35,257 nt of DNA from the IMG/VR virus record IMGVR_UViG_3300016263_000442, positions 1 to 35,257 of that record. One strand, given 5' to 3'. Numbering within the stretch: position 1 is the first letter of the stretch; each line of letters opens with the position of its first letter. The position numbers were made by a program, and so were the translations under genes. The notes beneath the pieces are model-generated. The model was not told the DNA's origin. It saw nothing but the letters and a program-made list of their open reading frames with translations, and searched no databases. The DNA is from a virus. Lineage: Duplodnaviria > Caudoviricetes. Shown piece after piece: positions 27,992 to 35,257 of this stretch.

Positions 27992-28201
27992 ATGAAGCAG
28001 CTACATGAGAACATTAATCATCTTATGATAGCCCTGATAATCGGGATAGTAAGTATCGGTGTATCTTTTATCGGTGAAATGTCTAAAAACATTCAGGCTA
28101 TGGCCGGAAATATACAAGAGTTATCCACAAAGCTAGGCCAGATAAATGAAGTTATGAAAGATCATGAAGTTCGTATCAGAGAAATTGAAAAGAAAAAATA
28201 G
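27992..28201 (+). CDS. Single-TM coiled-coil protein (lysis-accessory/holin-like)
   Basis: TM LMIALIIGIVSIGVSFI, then coiled coil ending DHEVRIREIE. Confidence 0.55.
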   Translation: MKQLHENINHLMIALIIGIVSIGVSFIGEMSKNIQAMAGNIQELSTKLGQINEVMKDHEVRIREIEKKK

Positions 28202-28210
28202 GGGGATAAA

Positions 28211-28537
28211 ATGGCAAAGGCTAAGGAATTAAAAGATGTTTTAAGTTTCATGTGTTCTCTTGCCAATGCTATTGGGGAAGCTTCTGACGATGGCAAAATA
28301 AGCAGAGGAGAAGCCCTCGGAATGTTGCCATTACTTTATAATATTCCATCTGTAATTGATGGAATTTCAGAAATACCTTCTGAAGTATCAGAATTAGGCC
28401 AAGAAGACGTTGAAGAATTAGCACAAATGGTTAAAGATGAGTTAAACTTACCCCAGGACAAAATTGAGGAGGCCATTGAAGATGGCATTGATCTTTGTCT
28501 AAGACTATATGCGCTGGCGCAAAAACTAAGAGCTTAA
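28211..28537 (+). CDS. Hypothetical acidic helical protein
   Basis: RBS GGGGGA, 108-aa ORF followed by a terminator. Confidence 0.7.
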   Translation: MAKAKELKDVLSFMCSLANAIGEASDDGKISRGEALGMLPLLYNIPSVIDGISEIPSEVSELGQEDVEELAQMVKDELNLPQDKIEEAIEDGIDLCLRLYALAQKLRA

Positions 28538-28560
28538 TTTATTAAACTCTAACGCCTGCT

Positions 28561-28589
28561 ACGGGGAAGCGACAACCGCTCCCCGTTTT
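28561..28589 (+). terminator. Intrinsic terminator
   Basis: ACGGGGAAGCG-ACAAC-CGCTCCCCGT then TTT. Confidence 0.7.
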
Positions 28590-28603
28590 GCTTTGAGGTA
28601 TCG

Positions 28604-28948
28604 ATGAAAGAATCAGAGCTTTTAAGTTTTGCCTTAACCTGCTTAAAGCAATCTGGCCTTGTTTACTGGCGGGTGCCTAATGGACCAGTAATGCACAGCA
28701 TCAACGGCAAAATGATCCGCAAATGCAGCCCTATTAAGGGCTTTCCAGATATTGCTGGCGTATTGCCATCAGGTAAATTTTTTGCAATTGAGCTGAAAAC
28801 TGACAAAGGCAGGCTTTCGCCGGAGCAAGTTGAATGGATTACAAAGCTAAATCTCACTGGCGGTATTGCCATTGTATTGCGAAGTAAAGAGGAAATAAGG
28901 GAATTTATTGCGTCTGCTTCAAAAATGAAAGGTCCCCCGAGAGACTGA
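28604..28948 (+). CDS. VRR-NUC domain nuclease (Holliday-junction-resolvase-like)
   Basis: KESE...GFPDI....GKFFAIELKT..GRLSPEQ..W. Confidence 0.9.
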   Translation: MKESELLSFALTCLKQSGLVYWRVPNGPVMHSINGKMIRKCSPIKGFPDIAGVLPSGKFFAIELKTDKGRLSPEQVEWITKLNLTGGIAIVLRSKEEIREFIASASKMKGPPRD

Positions 28949-28961
28949 AGGGGACCCTTCA
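28921..28961 (-). terminator. Minus-strand intrinsic terminator
   Basis: TGAAGGGTCCCCT...GGGGGACCTTTCA-TTTTT; 13-bp stem whose G.U pairs form only on the minus strand. Confidence 0.75.
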
Positions 28962-28996
28962 AGGTCACATAGAACGCAGCTCTTTCATTATATCAT

Positions 28997-29031
28997 AAAA
29001 CGAAAGGCCAAGCATATCCGCTCAGCCTTCC
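28997..29031 (-). terminator. Minus-strand intrinsic terminator
   Basis: GGAAGGCTGAGC-GGATAT-GCTTGGCCTTTC-GTTTT; 12-bp stem with G.U pairs. Confidence 0.7.
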
Positions 29032-29090
29032 TAATCACCTTTTTTGAATCGGAGATTGCTTTATGATGGGTATATTATATCCTTTTATTT

Positions 29091-29438
29091 ATGATTTTGA
29101 GAAGCCTAGATATTGATGACTTGATAATTTTATCCCTGTTGATCGATGAGATATCGGTCACTGAAATTGGGGAAAAGCTAAACCTTACTCAACCTGCCAT
29201 AACCCAAAGGCTAGGAAAGATGAGAAGGCTTTTAGGCTTTGCTATTGTCATTAGAATCGGGCGCGGAGTTAAGCTAACAAGCCACGGGTTAGCAGTTGCC
29301 ATGGCTGCCAGAGAAGCCTTAATAATCCTCTTGCGCTCTTTGCCAGATGGATTCAGCGATTGGCGGCGCAATGTGCTTGTCCATTACATTTTGAGCAAGC
29401 GTAGCGATCGGTGTACAAACGAAAGTTATGACTCCTAG
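29091..29438 (+). CDS. Stand-alone LysR-type HTH regulator (no effector domain)
   Basis: LDIDDL......SVTEIGEKLNLTQPAITQRL..MRRLLG.....R.GRGVKLT..G. Confidence 0.8.
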   Translation: MILRSLDIDDLIILSLLIDEISVTEIGEKLNLTQPAITQRLGKMRRLLGFAIVIRIGRGVKLTSHGLAVAMAAREALIILLRSLPDGFSDWRRNVLVHYILSKRSDRCTNESYDS

Positions 29439-30104
29439 CCCGTAACTTCCGGCAATACAGGCACCGTCTACTAACCAAAAAGCTACTACGCCAGCCACAC
29501 CATGATGCTCCCAGTACCAACCCCAAATTAAATGGCCTGCGAAATGGTCTTTGTAGTCTTTTAGATCATAAGCTGCTGGCCGAAATACTACAGGTATTCC
29601 ATGATTTAAAATGTATATGTCATGAAATCTAAAATACTGACAAACAAAATCCCCAAGAGCTTCATGGATGCGCTCATGTACGCTGTCCAACCATTCATTC
29701 ATAGGCGGGTGGTCGCCAATCTCATCAAAGCCTAGCAGATGCCTGGTCAATGCTTTCTGGTAAAACTGTTCGTATTCATAGCCAATGTCTTCAGCCAGCT
29801 TGTCATGGCCTTCTGCCATTAGTACGGCAGTTATTTTTTCCATCATTTTGTCTAAAGTATCTTCGATTAATTCAGCTCTTTCAAAGACAGTTCCGGACAA
29901 CTTTGCTTTTATTTCATTGTTTAATTTCTTTACGTCTGTTTTTTGCTTGGCCTCTGCATGGGCTTCAAGCACATCACTTCGCAGATAGCCATATCGTTTA
30001 GCCATTTTATAGTCTGATTTGGTAGGCTCATCTTCTGCGGCTTTAGCCGTTGTATATACGCAAAAAATTAAAAACGCATAGACAACAAAGTCAATCAATC
30101 GCAT
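29319..30104 (-). CDS. Exported/membrane protein of unknown function
   Basis: Signal peptide ending TAKA-A, helical body, hydrophobic C-terminus. Confidence 0.75.
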   Translation of the reverse strand: MRLIDFVVYAFLIFCVYTTAKAAEDEPTKSDYKMAKRYGYLRSDVLEAHAEAKQKTDVKKLNNEIKAKLSGTVFERAELIEDTLDKMMEKITAVLMAEGHDKLAEDIGYEYEQFYQKALTRHLLGFDEIGDHPPMNEWLDSVHERIHEALGDFVCQYFRFHDIYILNHGIPVVFRPAAYDLKDYKDHFAGHLIWGWYWEHHGVAGVVAFWLVDGACIAGSYGLGVITFVCTPIATLAQNVMDKHIAPPIAESIWQRAQEDY

Positions 30105-30298
30105 GGCTGTCCTTTCCTCATTTTTTCAATGAGTTCTGTTAGCTTTGAGGTATCACCGGAGCGTCTGGCGTCTTCAATAGCGATCGCACATGATTTGATA
30201 TCGTCTTGCTTTTTTTCTTTTGCTAGATCTAATAGGAGCTTGGCTAACTGTACTAAGGCTTGAATAATGGTGGGGAGATAGATAATCCATGCTGGCAT
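30095..30298 (-). CDS. Small protein with N-terminal hydrophobic helix
   Basis: GAGGTG RBS before MPAWIIYLPTII. Confidence 0.65.
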   Translation of the reverse strand: MPAWIIYLPTIIQALVQLAKLLLDLAKEKKQDDIKSCAIAIEDARRSGDTSKLTELIEKMRKGQPCD

Positions 30299-30366
30299 AA
30301 TCACCTCACTTTTTATGTAAGTTGATTTTACCATTGATTATCGAATAGCGGTAATTTGCTGACTAA

Positions 30367-30573
30367 TTATAAGTCAACATCATATTCCCGCATACATTCG
30401 TAAAATTTCTCTCTGCATTTATCTGCATTAAAGTCATTAGGATTACCATGCTTGCAAACGCCTCTTATCCATTCAGCGAATGACCAGACGGCACAATGAA
30501 AATCTCCTGCTTTAACGTGCATTTTATATTCCTCATTTTCATCCGGTAAATCAAACTCAAAACTAGCTCTCAT
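30367..30573 (-). CDS. Hypothetical phage protein
   Basis: A.FEFDLPDE.EEY motif common in small phage proteins; ATGA overlap. Confidence 0.7.
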   Translation of the reverse strand: MRASFEFDLPDENEEYKMHVKAGDFHCAVWSFAEWIRGVCKHGNPNDFNADKCREKFYECMREYDVDL

Positions 30574-30776
30574 ACAATATCCTCCAATTGGTTGATACAG
30601 TCAGATAAATTTTGATGTGCTTTTGTAAATGGAAATGGAAGGGAAGTAACTTGAGAGGCAGGTACGGAGTCTAAAACATCTTTGGCGGCTTTAAGAACTT
30701 CTACGATCGCTGCCCACCGTTTTTCTATGTACCAAGTCGATTTAGGATGCTCTGTGCTTAAGTCTTTAATTTTCAT
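30570..30776 (-). CDS. Hypothetical protein
   Basis: G-rich RBS; coupled to the next gene. Confidence 0.6.
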   Translation of the reverse strand: MKIKDLSTEHPKSTWYIEKRWAAIVEVLKAAKDVLDSVPASQVTSLPFPFTKAHQNLSDCINQLEDIV

Positions 30777-30817
30777 CCATCCCCCCAGGTTTTAAGAGGA
30801 TGGGCAAGACTACGCAA

Positions 30818-31060
30818 TCAAGTCCAGGCCGAATTGCCTTTAATGTATTCACCTGTAGGTTGATTTTTTTCATCGATCCACCCCTCTAGTTTTGCGGCCC
30901 ATTTGCCTATTGTACGGCAATTGCCTAAATGTTGTCTAATTGCTTTTGACAGGGACTTGCGTCCATAGCATGAGCGATCCTTGCCAGACAGGACTTCAAG
31001 ATCAGCCCAACAATCAAAGCGGTAAATCTTATTGTCTTGTTTTGCGTAGTAGCTTGGCAT
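30818..31060 (-). CDS. Hypothetical protein (80 aa, MPSYYAKQ...)
   Basis: ATG 31060 after GAGGA; the longer track ORF overlaps the zinc-ribbon gene. Confidence 0.6.
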   Translation of the reverse strand: MPSYYAKQDNKIYRFDCWADLEVLSGKDRSCYGRKSLSKAIRQHLGNCRTIGKWAAKLEGWIDEKNQPTGEYIKGNSAWT

Positions 31061-31061
31061 T

Positions 31062-31214
31062 TTAGTCCTCAAAGTATTGATCATGAGTAAACCAACCCAT
31101 ATAGCCGCAGCTTGTGCAATAGTAACCATTTTCTGTGACAGCAAACCTTCCAGCGCAGGATGGGCACCTGCCTGGATCTGGTATAGGTCTTTTATATTCT
31201 TTTTCAGTTTGCAT
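31062..31214 (-). CDS. 50-aa zinc-ribbon protein, not in the ORF track
   Basis: MQTEKEYKRPIPDPGRCPSCAGRFAVTENGYYCTSCGYMGWFTHDQYFED; CxxC-x12-CxxC, RBS GAGG. Confidence 0.7.
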   Translation of the reverse strand: MQTEKEYKRPIPDPGRCPSCAGRFAVTENGYYCTSCGYMGWFTHDQYFED

Positions 31215-31222
31215 TTTTAGCC

Positions 31223-31648
31223 TCAGAAAGGAATTGAATCATCCCCAAAGGCAGATGCTCCTGGGTGGATTTCAGTTGGTTTAAGGTCAAACTCTGGAAT
31301 GGTGACGGCTGCTGCGTCGGATTTGCTAGATGGGCGAAGCCAGACAAATTCATTGACCAAGAGGCTGACATCTGCGGCCGGCTGTCCATCTTGCTTTCTT
31401 GCGTAGGCTTTACAGTTAAGTTTTCCAGTGACATAAACAGCGTCTCCTTTGGTTACTTTTTCTGCCATGCGCTCTCCGGTTTTGCCAAAGCCCCTACATT
31501 TAACCCACATAGTTTCAGGTTGCGCTACGGTGCCAGTGCTCACTGCTAGGGTAAATTCATACCAATTTTTTGAGCCGTCTTTGGATTGCTTCAATGTAGC
31601 AGGTTGACCGACATGGCCCATAAAAGAACAATTATTTAAGTAAGGCAT
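31223..31648 (-). CDS. ssb: Single-stranded DNA-binding protein
   Basis: N...F.G.VG...FTLAV...ET.W..C..FGK...KGD.VYV.GKL and acidic DDSIPF tail. Confidence 0.93.
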   Translation of the reverse strand: MPYLNNCSFMGHVGQPATLKQSKDGSKNWYEFTLAVSTGTVAQPETMWVKCRGFGKTGERMAEKVTKGDAVYVTGKLNCKAYARKQDGQPAADVSLLVNEFVWLRPSSKSDAAAVTIPEFDLKPTEIHPGASAFGDDSIPF

Positions 31649-31649
31649 T

Positions 31650-31847
31650 TCATTTCTCCTGATCGATATAATAAGTAACTACCAAATAAAAAAGTCCGAC
31701 GATTAACGCCATATAGCCGATAAAACCAGCCCAAAAACCTGCTTCGCTGCGACTCCAGCCATTATAATCAGAGCCAGAATATAAGCGGCTGATGTTATCG
31801 TCCAATCTGCTAGAAGTTCTTTTAGATTTTCCATTTTTCAAAATCAT
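31650..31847 (-). CDS. Small membrane protein
   Basis: C-terminal TM helix; ATGA overlap. Confidence 0.6.
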   Translation of the reverse strand: MILKNGKSKRTSSRLDDNISRLYSGSDYNGWSRSEAGFWAGFIGYMALIVGLFYLVVTYYIDQEK

Positions 31848-32011
31848 CCCCTTATTTTTAAGATTATATCGTCCGGTTTTTCTCTGACTTCCAACTGAGA
31901 ATCAATCAAAGTCAAAGAGCTGCCGTCAAATGTTGGCTCAATGGTAATAATTTTGTCTACATTAACGATAATTCTGTCACCTTCGTTTGAATGTAATTCG
32001 ATAAATCTCAT
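31844..32011 (-). CDS. 55-aa FlbD/SwrD-like small protein, not in the ORF track
   Basis: MRFIELHSNEGDRIIVNVDKIITIEP...LEVREKPDDIILKIRG; ATGA overlaps at both ends. Confidence 0.65.
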   Translation of the reverse strand: MRFIELHSNEGDRIIVNVDKIITIEPTFDGSSLTLIDSQLEVREKPDDIILKIRG

Positions 32012-32877
32012 GCCTCTGGCTCCTTGTCTGGAGCATCCGGATTAATCAAAGCATACTCAGCCTCAACTACTCCGGTTAAAGCTGGCTTTCCTTCCATTCG
32101 TTTGACCAATTCATTCATCATGCCTGGGTTATTTTTCTTCTCCAGGAAGGCAAGCAAGAATTTTAAGTGGTTTTTGTTTGACTTGTCGAACGTAGCAGGA
32201 GCGGTATGGTTGGGTACAGCCGCATCTTTGGTCTCAACCACAGTGACTTTAGCAGGCGGATTATCCAGTTTCGTTTCGGCTGACGGTACATCTATAACCT
32301 CCCCATCCTCATTAACAGTGGCACCTAATTCCTCTGGGCAATACGATACGCCAGCGATTGCATCAGGAAATAAACTTCTGCACATTTCAGATACGCACCT
32401 AGCATGAAGCATAGCCCTTGGATATTTTTTCCAAGTAGGATTATTCAGAAGGCCAGCGGATTGAGCATCGGCAATGGTAAAGCTAAAGGTGCTTGGCTCA
32501 GATCCATCCCGTTGTACTTTGATGACGCATTTGTCAGATGACCGCTCTGGGTAGCTAATTTTAGTCTTAGGATGAAGTTTTAACACTTGAGCAAGCATTA
32601 GCTCTGCTGACATGGTTGGCTTGCCGTTAATCACATGGATATGACTAAGAGCTTGCATCGGTGGGACACCTAGCTCTCTGCCTTTTAGGATAATGGCAAC
32701 GGCTTGCTCTGGGCTTTTAATTCCGGCTGGTAGAAAGCCAGACTTTATTAGCTCTCCTGCTTGCTGCTTCATAAGCTGCCAGTTATTGGCGGCGGGAAGC
32801 ATTTGCTCAAAAGGGATCATTTCTAGGCTCATAAGTTTCCTCCGATTTGTTAAGGATGCGTAATCGTTGCTTATCAA
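32008..32877 (-). CDS. RecT-like single-strand annealing protein (probable start 32832)
   Basis: SGFLP..I..PEQA.....GRELG..PMQAL..IHVINGKP...W..YP.AML.AR...R..FPD...G..Y..EE. Confidence 0.8.
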   Translation of the reverse strand: MISNDYASLTNRRKLMSLEMIPFEQMLPAANNWQLMKQQAGELIKSGFLPAGIKSPEQAVAIILKGRELGVPPMQALSHIHVINGKPTMSAELMLAQVLKLHPKTKISYPERSSDKCVIKVQRDGSEPSTFSFTIADAQSAGLLNNPTWKKYPRAMLHARCVSEMCRSLFPDAIAGVSYCPEELGATVNEDGEVIDVPSAETKLDNPPAKVTVVETKDAAVPNHTAPATFDKSNKNHLKFLLAFLEKKNNPGMMNELVKRMEGKPALTGVVEAEYALINPDAPDKEPEA

Positions 32878-33379
32878 TTAACTTTGCAAAGTTCAACTTT
32901 TTTCCACTTAAAAGCGTATCCCTTACATAGTCGCTACGCATTTCCCAGATAATTTTGGGCTGCCTATAGCTTTCGGGGATGCTAAAAATTAGCTCATCTG
33001 GGATCATGTTCTCAGTAGCATAACGGCGGGTAAGGCTACATTTGACTTGAGGCATTTCTTGCTCCAAGCCCAAAATGTACTCTTCAGACTCAAGTGATTT
33101 CATCTTGGTCTCATTTAATAGCCGAATCCCATATCCCTGTAATGACGAAAGTCTTGACTCCCAAAGATCGGCGGCTTGTCTATACTCTTCGGCTCTTTTT
33201 TCGTTATCGGCTGCAAAAAATTTGCACTGCTCCATAAGGCTGACCAAATGATCCACCCGATTACGATCTTTTTCAAAACTGCTAAAATACTCATGGCAAT
33301 CCTCTTCAGTCAGTTGGCTTCTGGATTGTGCGTTTAAAAGCCCTAAAACGTCTTCTGTTGAGATGTGTGGTCTTGTCAC
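32807..33379 (-). CDS. Siphovirus Gp157-like coiled-coil protein
   Basis: Coiled coil followed by IP..Y...K......L..GK....A.L...LRI, next to recT. Confidence 0.55.
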   Translation of the reverse strand: MTRPHISTEDVLGLLNAQSRSQLTEEDCHEYFSSFEKDRNRVDHLVSLMEQCKFFAADNEKRAEEYRQAADLWESRLSSLQGYGIRLLNETKMKSLESEEYILGLEQEMPQVKCSLTRRYATENMIPDELIFSIPESYRQPKIIWEMRSDYVRDTLLSGKKLNFAKLIDKQRLRILNKSEETYEPRNDPF

Positions 33380-33534
33380 AACTTCACCCCTTGCTTCTTA
33401 AAGAAATCCTTTAAAGCCTGTCTTAGCACCATTGTGAGGGTGTAGCGATTTTCCCTACACCATTCGACAATCTTTTTTTTCTCACTTTTAGGAACAATGA
33501 TATTGATGCGGTTATAATCAGTTGGAGGCAGCAT
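33376..33534 (-). CDS. 52-aa ribbon-helix-helix regulator, not in the ORF track
   Basis: MLPPTDYNRINIIVPKSEKKKIVEWCRENRYTLTMVLRQALKDFFKKQGVKL; RBS AAAGGA; GTGA overlap. Confidence 0.72.
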   Translation of the reverse strand: MLPPTDYNRINIIVPKSEKKKIVEWCRENRYTLTMVLRQALKDFFKKQGVKL

Positions 33535-33563
33535 AAAGATCCTTTCTTAGCTGGAGGTGCGCA

Positions 33564-34037
33564 TTGATAACACATGACGTAACAAAAATAAACAGAGATT
33601 TTCAGGATCTAGCACCTTTTTTTTCTCAATTATTACAGCAAGCTATCCAGGAATGTCAGGACCAAGGGCTGCCCATATATTTCTTTGAAGGCTATCGCTC
33701 CCCGCAACGTCAAGGGTATTTATTTGAGCAAGGCCGCAGCAGAGAAGGCAAAATCATTACCAAAGCTAGACCTTGGCATAGCTGGCACCAATACGGAGTT
33801 GCAGCAGATTTATGCTTTAAGCAAGACGGCAAATGGGCTTGGGATAAAGACGATCCATGGGACAAGGTTCACAAGGTAATGCATGATTTTGGCTTTGAGA
33901 CTCTTAGCTGGGAAAAAGCTCATGTCCAGTGGGTTGGTGATATGACAATCGCCAAGGCAAAACAGATTACCCAAGATCATGGCCTTTATGTTCTCTGGAG
34001 TATGATCGAAGGAAATAAAACCAAGCTACAAAATTAA
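33564..34037 (+). CDS. M15-family L-Ala-D-Glu/D-Ala-D-Ala peptidase (endolysin)
   Basis: EGYRS..RQ..L...GR...IT.A....SWHQYG.A.D...E..H.Q; RBS GGAGG. Confidence 0.88.
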   Translation: MITHDVTKINRDFQDLAPFFSQLLQQAIQECQDQGLPIYFFEGYRSPQRQGYLFEQGRSREGKIITKARPWHSWHQYGVAADLCFKQDGKWAWDKDDPWDKVHKVMHDFGFETLSWEKAHVQWVGDMTIAKAKQITQDHGLYVLWSMIEGNKTKLQN

Positions 34038-34096
34038 GCAATAAATTGTAGTTTACCTAATGCGATAAAAGATCTAAATTTATTGACAACACACCT

Positions 34097-34203
34097 AAAA
34101 AATAAACCCCAGAGGGTAGCATCTCTGAGGTTTGTTCAATCAACGTATCCATGCCCGTTGATTTACTAAGATCCAATATACATTGCGAAGCATGGCGCAG
34201 CAA
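34097..34203 (-). ncRNA. Candidate ~70-nt antisense RNA in the rep leader, with its promoter
   Basis: Minus-strand TTGCTG-N17-TATATT (34203-34175), 8-bp hairpin AATCAACG/CGTTGATT, terminator AAACCTCAGAG/CTCTGGGGTTT-ATTTTTT. Confidence 0.55.
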
Positions 34204-34222
34204 CGAAAAAGGATATTTTCGT

Positions 34223-35002
34223 ATGGCTCGTTTTACAAATGGATGGGTAAAGCTACACAGAAAAATAGCAGATAATGAATGGACTCAGATTCTTGATATA
34301 AACAGCAAGGGATTGTTTATTGAGCTTTTGCTTATGGCAAATTACAAGCCGACAAGAGCAACTAGAGGCAATACCCTTGTTACAATTCAACCTGGTCAGA
34401 TTTTGACTAGTATTAAAGAGCTAACCGCCAGACTCAAAACTTCACGTTTTATCGTAGAAAGCAGAATCAAATTGCTATGCGATTTGGGTACAATTACAAG
34501 AAAAACCGACAACCTTGGAACCATCATAACTATTTGCAAATATAGCGAATATCAGAGCATCAATGATAGCTCACCAGAAACGGACTTACAAACGGACTTA
34601 CAAACGGAATTGGAAACGGACTTACAAACGGACTTACAACGTATTAAAGAATTAAAGAAGGTGAAGAATAAAAAAAGTAAAGAAGGGGGGACTAAAAATC
34701 CCCCTCCCCCTGTGGATAAATTTTTAGAACTTTACGGCCATGAAATGCGGCAAAGATATGGCGCAGATTTAGTGATAACTTCCAAGATGAAAAAAACAGC
34801 CCAACGCATTGTCCAAGAAAGCGGCAATCTAGCTTTACAAATTCCAAAACTTTGGGTAAACAGCACCAACCAATGGCATACGAAACGGATGCATTCTCTG
34901 GAATGCCTTTTAAACGATTTAGAATCAATTCTGTTATGCGTTAGGAGGGATAATGAGTTTAGGTGCCAGCAAGAAGGCGGAATGCGACAAAATGGTTTAT
35001 AG
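34223..35002 (+). CDS. Phage replication initiator (replisome-organiser type)
   Basis: GWVKLHRKI...LLLMAN.....GQ..TS...L....G.I......GT.ITI.KY..YQ wHTH plus internal iterons; ATG 34223 after AAGGA. Confidence 0.85.
   Translation: MARFTNGWVKLHRKIADNEWTQILDINSKGLFIELLLMANYKPTRATRGNTLVTIQPGQILTSIKELTARLKTSRFIVESRIKLLCDLGTITRKTDNLGTIITICKYSEYQSINDSSPETDLQTDLQTELETDLQTDLQRIKELKKVKNKKSKEGGTKNPPPPVDKFLELYGHEMRQRYGADLVITSKMKKTAQRIVQESGNLALQIPKLWVNSTNQWHTKRMHSLECLLNDLESILLCVRRDNEFRCQQEGGMRQNGL
34578..34637 (+). repeat. Five tandem 12-bp iterons (putative replication origin)
   Basis: AAACGGACTTAC x4 plus one AAACGGAATTGG, followed by an A-rich tract. Confidence 0.85.
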
Positions 35003-35192
35003 ACCGTTTGATCCGCCTGTCTACGGATTGATCTGCCCACAATGCCAAAAGCGTTACGGTAGTCCTGCCAAAGAAATTGACGTAGTTCGATGTGATACTT
35101 GCCCACCGTTTCATGCGTCCGGTGCTTATTGGTACGGTCAAAAAAATAAAAGATATTTAAGAAAATTACAAAGAAGTCTAATGGTAGATTAA
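34953..35192 (+). CDS. Small zinc-finger protein
   Basis: CPQC...CDTC; start uncertain. Confidence 0.55.
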   Translation: MSLGASKKAECDKMVYRPFDPPVYGLICPQCQKRYGSPAKEIDVVRCDTCPPFHASGAYWYGQKNKRYLRKLQRSLMVD

Positions 35193-35193
35193 C

Positions 35194-35257
35194 ATGATAA
35201 TGAATAATCAAGATTATATTAATGCTTTTAAAGAAAGCTATAAAAGAGTTAATAGGT
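35194..35257 (+). CDS. 5' part of the junction-spanning ORF (continues at 1..408)
   Basis: ATG ATA ATG AAT... in frame with base 1 across the 22-bp overlap. Confidence 0.7.
   Translation, partial: MIMNNQDYINAFKESYKRVNR
35236..35257. repeat. 22-bp terminal direct repeat (copy 2)
   Basis: Identical to 1-22. Confidence 0.95.

Noticed and set aside
34083-34088. Perfect TTGACA as the -35 of the rep promoter
   Set aside because: No acceptable -10 hexamer 16-18 nt downstream.
34578-34637. Tandem repeats as a CRISPR array
   Set aside because: 12-bp head-to-tail units with no spacers, in frame within rep; no cas genes.
1-35257. Stop-codon reassignment
   Set aside because: Standard code 11 already yields full-length, tightly packed genes.

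Overview
A complete, circularly assembled ~35.2 kb tailed-phage genome (siphovirus-like). The first and last 22 bp are identical, and one ORF reads in frame across the junction. Gene order: C5 DNA methyltransferase, HEXXH protein and metallophosphoesterase, HNH endonuclease, TerS, ParB-domain protein, Mom-like adenine-modification enzyme, TerL, portal, head genes, fibre-like proteins, a tail module with a -1 frameshifted chaperone and tape measure, tail tip/fibre, membrane proteins, VRR-NUC and a stand-alone LysR HTH. A leftward SSB/RecT/Gp157/RHH operon, an M15 peptidase (endolysin-like) and a replication initiator with internal iterons follow. No integrase, CI-type repressor, DNA polymerase or helicase is recognisable. 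The top observation is a 76-nt non-canonical tRNA-Gly(UCC)-like cloverleaf (5077-5152) inside the 3' end of the mom-like gene. It keeps the glycyl-tRNA synthetase identity elements but has lost the D/T-loop consensus, so it is a candidate dedicated glycyl donor for DNA hypermodification. Other observations include an HNH insertion that duplicated/replaced the 5' end of its neighbour, a candidate antisense RNA in the rep leader, and tandem sRNA-like units divergent from the LysR HTH gene. All product calls come from motif recognition by eye; no database search was run.
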